From Gammaproteobacteria bacterium (lineage in GTDB: Bacteria > Pseudomonadota > Gammaproteobacteria > Ga0077536), in NCBI GenBank assembly GCA_047611905.1, contig JBLFWZ010000003.1, positions 1 through 60,105 of the forward strand: a DNA stretch of 60,105 nt. Direction: 5' to 3'. Positions 28,652 to 36,646 of the stretch are shown piece after piece; the first letter of the stretch is position 1, and every line of letters starts with the position of its first letter. Under the pieces are notes generated by a model. That model was given only the letters and a program-made list of their open reading frames with translations. It ran no database searches and had not been told where the DNA came from. A program made the position numbers and the translations under genes.

Positions 28652-29469
28652 GATCCAGCGTCTAGAAACGAATTGATACCGCGGGCGAGTTGGTCGGCTG
28701 CCGCGTCTGCATTCGGGCTACCACCGTTTGGGAAAGTCGGTGTGCGGTTAACGTCCAACAGCACTTCGCGCCCGTTGTGGATGACGAAATCGAATTTACC
28801 AAACTCAAAACCCAGTGTTTTTTGCCAATGAGCCAAATTCCGTGGCGGGTCGACCGCAGAGCGCTCAAAAACGTTGTGCGATTTTACCTGTTGTTCTTTT
28901 GATCGCCACAACGCGCAGCGCTGTTCGTTGCCAAAAAATGTCCACACACGCACACAATAATTGCCATCGGGGTCGACCTCCGGGGTAAAGCGCTCGACGA
29001 TCAAGCCAGGTTGCCGCCAAACCGGATCCGGGACGTCGTTTATGCTTTGAAAGATCGGGTAATGGGTTAGCCGTGGGCCAACCGGGATGTCTGATTGGAG
29101 ACCTAGTTTCTGCATAGCGGCACGCGCATTGAATTCCGGTAGTCCACCGAAATTAGTGTCCGTTTTGACGATCACAGATCCATTCCAAGCGTCGCCTCGG
29201 GACAGTATGTTTTCGCTGAACAACGATTTGGAAATATCGAAGACGGATCCGTTGATGACTTTTGGGTACTGTTGGAGCAGGGCTCGGTAAGGCTCCGTGA
29301 CGAGGGTCATGTTGACGTGCAGAATTGCCAAATCGCCTGCTGGCGGGCGTGTTGCGCCACGATGCCAAAGTACCTCGTGACCAGCAGCAATCCAACGTGT
29401 TGCGAAAGCAGCCAACATGAATGGGTTCGCAATCTGGTACTCATGTTCGAGTATTACGATACGGGCCAT
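28648..29469 (-). CDS. Hypothetical protein, possible ATP-grasp fold ligase
   Basis: 273 aa. The match is weak and by eye: a pre-ATP-grasp-like N-terminus, GSVIVKTDTNFGG, and GKFDFVIHNGREVLLDVNRTP (compare the ..vD...g..yvlEvN..P endings of ATP-grasp enzymes). There is a 4-nt overlap with the downstream sulfotransferase. Confidence 0.35.
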   Translation of the reverse strand: MARIVILEHEYQIANPFMLAAFATRWIAAGHEVLWHRGATRPPAGDLAILHVNMTLVTEPYRALLQQYPKVINGSVFDISKSLFSENILSRGDAWNGSVIVKTDTNFGGLPEFNARAAMQKLGLQSDIPVGPRLTHYPIFQSINDVPDPVWRQPGLIVERFTPEVDPDGNYCVRVWTFFGNEQRCALWRSKEQQVKSHNVFERSAVDPPRNLAHWQKTLGFEFGKFDFVIHNGREVLLDVNRTPTFPNGGSPNADAAADQLARGINSFLDAGS

Positions 29470-29933
29470 AAATAAATATTAATGCAGGGAGCTGGTTTTT
29501 TGTGTTCGCAGCGCATCCTAGTGCACTCGATAGTTTTTGCGAATCGATATTGTCGCTCATCTATTGATGAAATACGTAGCGCCAAACTTCGGCGAAAAGT
29601 GGCGCGAGATGCTTCTCATCTGAAGGCGCCTGGAATGGTCTTAATTCGGTCCGGCTCCGAAGCGGCGCCGAGTTCGACCAAGCCCTCACCACCAGGGCTC
29701 CACAATCGAACGACTAACCGCGCGAGCAATTGTTTTATTATGTCTACGGGACACTCTCCGAATGCACTAGATAATGTCCCAGCCGTCGAGAACATGGGGC
29801 TTCGCCAGACGTAACGTGAAAATTCAAAAGAATTCCACGCCATCTTTTAAGTAAAGCGAATGGCTGGTCTGTCCATGTGATAATACGTTCGCTTGGCCCG
29901 AGGAGTTTCTGATTCAATTATCCGTCAACAACA

Positions 29934-30668
29934 ATGCATAGAATCCATATCACGGGTGCCAGCCCACGAACTGGCACGACCTTAATTGCTGAGGCGATGA
30001 TTGCCAGCTTCGATATCGATTGCTTTTGCGATCACGAAGCTCGGATATTCACGCCACCCCCACGCGATGGCAAGGTATTTTTGACTAAATCGCCCCGCGA
30101 TATTCTTCTAGCCCAAGCGGCGCTTAAGCAATCCTCGCAGTTGCATGTGATATTCATGTTGCGCGATCCGCGCGACGTGATCGTTAGCCGACATAATCGT
30201 AATCCGGATCGATATTGGGCGGGGTTGAAATTCTGGAAAGCCTACACGCAAGCCGCCCGCCCGTTACTGCAACACCCCCGTTTCATCACGCTGCGTTACG
30301 AAGAACTTGTGTCAGATCCCGACGCGACTCAAGGTGAGCTCGCTAAGCGCCTCCCGTTTTTAGCGCATCGCTCGGCGTTCAGCAAATTTCACCAAGTCGC
30401 CAAACCAACACAAGATTCAGTGACGGCACTCGGCGGCGTGCGCGAAATTTCAACGGCGCGCGTGACAAATTGGCGGAATCATCTCCCACGAGTGGCTGGT
30501 CAAATCGCGTTGCACGGTTCGATAGTTCAAGACTTGATCGAATTTGGTTATGAACATGACGACTCTTGGCTGAGAGAAATCGACGGGGTGGTTCCAGATC
30601 TGACGCCGAGCCACTGGTCGGAGTACTTCACGGCCCAAGCGCTGGAGCGAATGTCAAAGATGCCGTGA
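29934..30668 (+). CDS. Sulfotransferase-family protein (small, NodH/Stf0-like type)
   Basis: 244 aa. HITGASPRTGTTLIAEAM is a P-loop-like PAPS 5'-PSB motif, and FMLRDPRDVIVSRHN is a 3'-PB motif. It is unrelated in sequence to the sulfotransferase at 27839..28651. Confidence 0.7.
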   Translation: MHRIHITGASPRTGTTLIAEAMIASFDIDCFCDHEARIFTPPPRDGKVFLTKSPRDILLAQAALKQSSQLHVIFMLRDPRDVIVSRHNRNPDRYWAGLKFWKAYTQAARPLLQHPRFITLRYEELVSDPDATQGELAKRLPFLAHRSAFSKFHQVAKPTQDSVTALGGVREISTARVTNWRNHLPRVAGQIALHGSIVQDLIEFGYEHDDSWLREIDGVVPDLTPSHWSEYFTAQALERMSKMP

Positions 30669-30756
30669 GTTGATAACCAGTCTGACGCTAGGCGTTGATG
30701 GCCGTGGGCAGAGTTTCGAACCGGATTAATCGCGGGGCACGACCTCACCCACACAA

Positions 30757-31557
30757 TTATCTGTCGCTATCGTGTTCAATTAGGAACGCAATGATCAACG
30801 GGATCACCCGCTCTGGCTGCTCGAATAGGACGAGATGCCCAGCGTGGTCGATTTCGTGCAAGCGCACCCGATCCGGGAACTCACTCGCCAACGCGCGACC
30901 ATTTTCCGGCGGCGCAATGTGATCGTTCAGTCCTTGTATGACCATTATCGGTGCCGTCCCACCTGCCCACCATTCACCAATCGGCGTCGTCCGTGCAGCC
31001 AGTTCGTGCGCTCTTCCAGCCTTGCGCCAAACAGTGTGAGTAATCGGTAATGTGCTTCTCATTCGATTGCCTGCGCCTGCGACCGGAGGAAACAGGCCGC
31101 CGGCTGAAATAAGACAGGTACTTATCACCTGGTCGGGATAATCAGCTGCAACACATCGGGCGACTCTGTTGCCCAGAGCCCGACCAATCACATGCGCAGG
31201 CTCTGCGAGCGAATCAATGACAGCTGCAACGTCGCGGGCGAGGTCACGCAGGCTCAGATTATCCAGCGGACCATTACTCGAACCGACACCGCGAGGGTTG
31301 AGAGCGATCGCGCGGAAACCGGCTTCGGCAAGAGCGCGCCCCAGCAGCAAAAATTGTTCGATGCCAGACCCGCCGCGTCCCGGCAACATCAATACCGGTG
31401 TTCCCGAACCGAGCGTACCGAATTCGATCGCACCATCGTCGGTTGCGAGCGTCTGGCGGGTAAACTCAGAGGCGCTGATTGCTAGGTTTTTAATGTCAAT
31501 TTCCGAGTGACTCGCTTTTATGCTGGTAAACGTTAAGCCCGTGTGAGGCCCGATCAT
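30757..31557 (-). CDS. Alpha/beta-hydrolase fold protein with Ala in place of the nucleophilic Ser
   Basis: 266 aa. The oxyanion region reads VLMLPGRGGSG. The nucleophile elbow reads HVIGRALGNRVA (G-R-A-L-G, codons GGT CGG GCT CTG GGC at 31185..31171). The acid/His region QGLNDHI ... DHAGHLV is present. Confidence 0.7.
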   Translation of the reverse strand: MIGPHTGLTFTSIKASHSEIDIKNLAISASEFTRQTLATDDGAIEFGTLGSGTPVLMLPGRGGSGIEQFLLLGRALAEAGFRAIALNPRGVGSSNGPLDNLSLRDLARDVAAVIDSLAEPAHVIGRALGNRVARCVAADYPDQVISTCLISAGGLFPPVAGAGNRMRSTLPITHTVWRKAGRAHELAARTTPIGEWWAGGTAPIMVIQGLNDHIAPPENGRALASEFPDRVRLHEIDHAGHLVLFEQPERVIPLIIAFLIEHDSDR

Positions 31558-31917
31558 AATCCGGCCTCACGAAAACCGCGATCATACGTTGGAAGGCGGG
31601 CGGACAATCTCACTTCCAGGCTTGTTTGAGACTATCGGGGTGTTGTGGCTATCGAAGACTGGCGTCAAACGACAAGATCCTAGTTAGTCAGATCGACGAT
31701 TAGATGTGAATGAGTGGCCAAATTTCAGGAACGACGGTACGGGCACGCGTGCCGAGTAGGACTTCATTTTGGGATGGTCACGGAACCCGGACTTTCACGT
31801 CAATTCGACGAATTGTATCTCGTGCCACCGAAATTGTTCGACACGCCGACCGAGATCATCACATAGCAACTTGGGCACGTTCCGATGCCGCGTTTGATTC
31901 GCAAACGAGCGTGACTG

Positions 31918-32895
31918 CTAGTGTAAGTATGACGAGTCCGCCGCTCCCTCGTGCGGTTGATCGTAGGTGGTCGTTATTATGCGCGCGATAAGCTCTCGCA
32001 TTTTGTCTGGCGCGTCGTCATTGCTCACCTGGCAAGTGCCAGCGTTATAGTGGCCACCGCCACCGTAGTCGAGACACAGTCCGCCAATGTTTACGTCGGA
32101 CGATCGATTCAGTATCGACTTACCAATCGCAAATACCGTGTTCTGACGCTTTAATCCCCACATGACATGCATTGAAATGTTTGTTTCCGGGTACATGGCA
32201 TAGATCATGAACCGATTGACGGCGTAAATCGTCTCTTCCTTACGTAAGTCTAGAACGACAAGTTCATCGTGAACCGTCGTACAGCGTCGGATCTGCTCGC
32301 GGGCGAGTTCTTCATGCTCAAAGTACATCTCAACACGTTCGTTTACATCCGGCAGCCCCATAATGTCTTGGATAGATAATGTACGGCATTTGTCGATTAA
32401 ATCTTTCATGAGCTGGTAATTCGAAATACGAAAATCCCGAAAACGGCCGAGGCCAGTACGTGCGTCCATCAGGAAATTGAGTAATACCCAACCGTTCGGT
32501 TCTAGAATATCTTGCTGACCGAAGCGCGCGGCGTCGCTCTTGTCTACGGCTGCCATCATTTCTTTCCAGGCTGCCGGGAATTTGCCGCTGCCGCCGTAGT
32601 AATCGTAGACGACTCTTGCGGCGGAGGGCGCGTTCGGATCGATGATGTGGTTGTCGGCAATCTCGGTATTGCGCACCGTTTCACTGAGATGGTGATCGAA
32701 CACGAGATGCGCGCCGGGAACGTACGGCAAGTTCGTCGTGATGTCGCGATCCGTGATTTCTATGATGCCATCCTGCATGTCCTTGGGGTGCACAAACTTG
32801 ATGTCATCAATAATCCCAAGCTCCGTCAACAACACGGCGCACACTAAGCCGTCAAAATCGCTGCGAGTGACTAGTCGGTAGGTTTGTTCGCTCAT
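31918..32895 (-). CDS. DHH/DHHA1-family phosphoesterase (NrnA/exopolyphosphatase-like)
   Basis: 325 aa. It has RSDFDGLVCA (DxD motif I), LVFDHHLSE (DHH motif III) and a C-terminal YGGGGHYNAG (the GGGH motif of DHHA1). Confidence 0.75.
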   Translation of the reverse strand: MSEQTYRLVTRSDFDGLVCAVLLTELGIIDDIKFVHPKDMQDGIIEITDRDITTNLPYVPGAHLVFDHHLSETVRNTEIADNHIIDPNAPSAARVVYDYYGGSGKFPAAWKEMMAAVDKSDAARFGQQDILEPNGWVLLNFLMDARTGLGRFRDFRISNYQLMKDLIDKCRTLSIQDIMGLPDVNERVEMYFEHEELAREQIRRCTTVHDELVVLDLRKEETIYAVNRFMIYAMYPETNISMHVMWGLKRQNTVFAIGKSILNRSSDVNIGGLCLDYGGGGHYNAGTCQVSNDDAPDKMRELIARIITTTYDQPHEGAADSSYLH

Positions 32896-33268
32896 GTTCG
32901 TGCTCCGTTAAGTACAAATGCCATGCCGTGGGGCGGCAAATCCGCGTATGGCATTTGGCGTTTCCGATCCTATCGACGTACGGCCGAATTTCTTGAACCT
33001 TGCCTGGCGGATTGGGCCACAAACCGGCTTTAAGCCTCGGTTCGAGCGCGGTTAACGGTGGCCTGTGGTCGGTTCTCCAATAATATCGACCCGGATCGAC
33101 GAATCCGCGCCTTCTCTCGGATAACTGCACCGAAGTCCTATGATCCCTGGTATAAATAGCCGGTGGATTCAATTCAGATCGATCAGCCGATATGGGCTGC
33201 AAGAAACCATCATCACTCGACCGTAAACGAAACGCGCAAGCCCGTTCGCTGGGGCTGGAACGACAAAC

Positions 33269-36200
33269 ATGCATTGCGAAAACTGCCGACACACCAATAG
33301 CCCGAACGATAAGTTTTGCTCACAGTGTGGAACGCCACAAATTGCTCGATGCTCGGGCTGCAACGCGGATCTAAAGTTAGCTGCGAAGTTTTGTTCGGAC
33401 TGCGGGACAGCCGTCTCCAAGGCCGAATCTCCAGCCGCGCTGGATCTGCGGGCGACACCGTCACCGAGTCGCACTGTCGCAGATTACACGCCGAAGCATC
33501 TCGCAGAGAAGATCTTGCAATCGCGCTCGGCGCTCGAGGGCGAACGTAAGCAGGTCACGGTCCTGTTTGCCGATGTTAAAGGTTCAATGGACTTGGCCGC
33601 GCGAGTAGGGGCGGAGGATTGGCATGAATTGCTTGACCGCTTTTTCGCGATTTTAACCGAAGGCGTACATCGCTACGAAGGCACCATTAATCAGTACACG
33701 GGTGATGGCGTGATGGCTTTATTCGGTGCGCCCATTTCTCACGAAGATCATGCACAACGGGCGTGTTATGCAGCGGTGCAAATGCGCGACGAACTGCGTC
33801 GCCTATCGGTCGAATTGCGCATGGAAAAAGGCATCGACCTCGGCGTTCGCATGGGAATAAATTCTGGCGAGGTGGTGGTTGGAAGGATCGGCGACGATTT
33901 ACGCATGGATTACACGGCGCAAGGGCACACCGTTGGGGTTGCGCAGCGTCTTGAACAACTCGCGGAGTCCGGTCACGCCTATATCAGTGAGCATACCGCG
34001 CGCTTGGTTGAAGGATACTTTCAATTATCCGACCTAGGCACATCGAAAATATCCGGCTCCGATGTGCCGGTCGGTGTATTCGATCTGGATACCACAACCA
34101 ATGTCCGTACCCGGCTGCAAGTATCAAGATCGCGTGGTCTCACGCAGTTCGTCGGCCGTAAGGACGAAATGGATGCATTGAATGCCGCACTTGCCCGCGC
34201 GCGCAATGGCCATGGACAAGTAGTCGGCGTTGTGGGGGAACCCGGATTAGGCAAAAGCCGTTTATGTTTTGAATTTGTCGAGCGCTGCCGCGCACAAAGC
34301 ATACCGATCTACGAAGCGCATTGCCCATCTCACGGTCAACAGATCCCATTTATTCCTATCCGGGAATTATTCCGTAATTATTTCGATATCTCAGACCAAG
34401 ACACAGGGACTCAAGCGCGGCAGAAAATCGCCGGCATGTTGTTGCTGCTCGATCCGGAGATGCATAGCGGGTTGCCTGTGTTATTCGATTTTTTAGGGGT
34501 GGGCGATCCAGACCACCCGGTGGGATCAATCGAAGCCGACGTGCGTCAGCGACAAATGTTTGACTTACTCCACAAGATATCGCGGGTGCAAAACGAGCGT
34601 GGTCTGGCCTCACTTATTTTGATTGATGACTTGCATTGGATTGATAGCTGGAGCGACGAGTTTGTCGCTCAAATGGTTGAAGCAACTCAAGCAAGTCACA
34701 CGCTCTTGCTGGTTAATTTTCGACCGGAGTATCAAGCTAACTGGACTAGCAAGCCCTACTATCAGCAATTGCCGCTGGTACCACTTGGGGCGGACGACGT
34801 GCAACAAATGGTCACGAGCTTGTTAGGGGCTGATGCGTTAGTTCAGGTACTGATTGAGAAGATCAGGGACTGGACGACCGGTAACCCCTTGTACGCCGAA
34901 GAAGTCATAAATACCTTAATCGAAACCGGTCAGCTGCAAGGCAAGCTCGGGTCGTACCGCCTGAGTACAGATGTCGCGGCACTTGAAGTGCCAGCCAGTG
35001 TGCAAGCGATTATCGCGGCACGAATCGATCGCTTAACCGAACGCGATAAAACGCTTCTGCAGGCCGCCTCAGTTCTCGGCAAAGAGTTCTCACGGCCGAT
35101 CGTCGAAAAGGTAGCGAGTTTACCCGCGGGTGAATTCACGCCAACGATTGAAGCGCTTAAGAATGCGGACTTTATTTACGAGATCGCCTTATATCCAACC
35201 GTCGAATATTCGTTTAAGCATCCACTTGTGCACGAAGTAGCTTACGATTCGCAGCTAAGAGACCGGCGCGCCCAGGTCCACGCGGCCGCTGCAAGTGCGA
35301 TCGAGACTTTGGAATTCGAGCGGCTGGACGAATACGCTTCAATGCTCGCTTACCATTGGGAGAACGCCAATGTCTACGATGATGCCTTGCGCTGGCATCA
35401 ACGCGCCGCATTAGTTTTAAATCTTAGTGATCCGCGCGCCGCCTTGCATCATTGGACAAAAGTTCGAAGTCTTGTAGATATGGTAGACAATAAGGGGCAC
35501 GCGTTAACAGCCGGTGCACAAGCGTGCGGCGAAATGATGCACTTGCAGTGGCGCCTCGGCGAATCGGAAGCCGTGGCTCACGAACTATTTCGCGATGGTA
35601 GTTTACTCGCCGACCTTGCCGGCAACATTCCTGCCAAGGCGGTTCTCACAGCAAGCTACGCGGCGTTGCGCGGTATCTCCGGTGGCTATGCGAATGACTA
35701 CGTGCGCTACGGTGAAGAGGCCGCAATATTGGCGGCCCAGACGGACGATATCGAACTCAAACTGTGCATGCGTAGTTGGCACGTCTGGGGCCTGGCATTT
35801 CGCGGCGATAACGATGCAGTGGTGCTCGCGGCTAATGAAATTCTAGACGTGATTCCGACCGACCCTGAGATAGGAATAGCCTATTTCCCTGGCACCTTGC
35901 GCTGGTCCGTGTATTCGCAACGCGGGCTGGGTCTTGCGATGCAAGGCCAACGCGCTGCCGCATTTTCCGACTTCGAAACTTGTATTCGTGTCGCCGGCGG
36001 ACGCGCAGAATCAATTGGCTACTCAGCTCCGATCCTCAGCGTATTAGCAAACTACTTCGGTGATTTTGCGCGGGCGCTTAATCTGGCGCGAATCTCGCTC
36101 GAGATAACCGGATCGGATCCCGCTATTTTGGGCGCGACCGTTGCCATGGCATCGTGTTTCATTAATGAAGGTAAACTTGAGGAGGCTGCAATCTGGGGTC

Positions 36201-36646
36201 AGCGCGCGCATAGTTTGCTCGCGGAAAGTACGAGTTATTCGCCGATTCACCCGGTCGTTCACGCTGTTCTGGCAGATATTGAACTTGCCTTAGGAAACCC
36301 GCAAGAAGCGTCCCGTTTGGCCATCCAAACGATCGAATTTTGCCAGCCGAGAGAATTATTATGGTTTCCGGGTCCTTGGCTATCGCGGGCGCAGGCTTAC
36401 ACCGAGTTAAACGATCGCGATGGCGCGCATGCATCGCTACTCGAAGCGCAGGCTTTAATAGAAAGGAACAGCGCACGACTCCTTCAACCGTTTCTACACG
36501 AGCGCCAGGCGCATTTTGCGGCCGTGTTTAACGATGTTTGGCGCGAAGACCAGGAATTGGCCACGACACTGAGTCTATTCGAAGCAATGGGGGCTATTGA
36601 TCAGATCAGCCGTCTACAGCAAAAACTCGCGAAGACTCTTGCATGA
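33269..36646 (+). CDS. Double zinc-ribbon + class III nucleotidyl cyclase + STAND/AAA P-loop ATPase + TPR-like repeat protein (copy 1)
   Basis: 1125 aa. Zinc ribbons read CENC..CSQC and CSGC..CSDC. The cyclase domain reads ERKQVTVLFADVKGSMDL, YTGDGVMALFGAP and GINSGEVVVGRIG. Walker A is GVVGEPGLGKSRL and Walker B is LILIDDLHWID. A long helical-repeat C-terminus follows. Confidence 0.85.
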   Translation: MHCENCRHTNSPNDKFCSQCGTPQIARCSGCNADLKLAAKFCSDCGTAVSKAESPAALDLRATPSPSRTVADYTPKHLAEKILQSRSALEGERKQVTVLFADVKGSMDLAARVGAEDWHELLDRFFAILTEGVHRYEGTINQYTGDGVMALFGAPISHEDHAQRACYAAVQMRDELRRLSVELRMEKGIDLGVRMGINSGEVVVGRIGDDLRMDYTAQGHTVGVAQRLEQLAESGHAYISEHTARLVEGYFQLSDLGTSKISGSDVPVGVFDLDTTTNVRTRLQVSRSRGLTQFVGRKDEMDALNAALARARNGHGQVVGVVGEPGLGKSRLCFEFVERCRAQSIPIYEAHCPSHGQQIPFIPIRELFRNYFDISDQDTGTQARQKIAGMLLLLDPEMHSGLPVLFDFLGVGDPDHPVGSIEADVRQRQMFDLLHKISRVQNERGLASLILIDDLHWIDSWSDEFVAQMVEATQASHTLLLVNFRPEYQANWTSKPYYQQLPLVPLGADDVQQMVTSLLGADALVQVLIEKIRDWTTGNPLYAEEVINTLIETGQLQGKLGSYRLSTDVAALEVPASVQAIIAARIDRLTERDKTLLQAASVLGKEFSRPIVEKVASLPAGEFTPTIEALKNADFIYEIALYPTVEYSFKHPLVHEVAYDSQLRDRRAQVHAAAASAIETLEFERLDEYASMLAYHWENANVYDDALRWHQRAALVLNLSDPRAALHHWTKVRSLVDMVDNKGHALTAGAQACGEMMHLQWRLGESEAVAHELFRDGSLLADLAGNIPAKAVLTASYAALRGISGGYANDYVRYGEEAAILAAQTDDIELKLCMRSWHVWGLAFRGDNDAVVLAANEILDVIPTDPEIGIAYFPGTLRWSVYSQRGLGLAMQGQRAAAFSDFETCIRVAGGRAESIGYSAPILSVLANYFGDFARALNLARISLEITGSDPAILGATVAMASCFINEGKLEEAAIWGQRAHSLLAESTSYSPIHPVVHAVLADIELALGNPQEASRLAIQTIEFCQPRELLWFPGPWLSRAQAYTELNDRDGAHASLLEAQALIERNSARLLQPFLHERQAHFAAVFNDVWREDQELATTLSLFEAMGAIDQISRLQQKLAKTLA

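Noticed and set aside
29470-29933. ORFs 29482..29814 (+) and 29616..29843 (-) as precursor peptides or genes of the sulfotransferase cluster.
   Set aside because: They overlap each other on opposite strands. They lack RBS-like sequences and show no leader/core-like organisation or recognisable family. I keep the spacer as a divergent promoter region, but a short precursor ORF cannot be excluded without tools.
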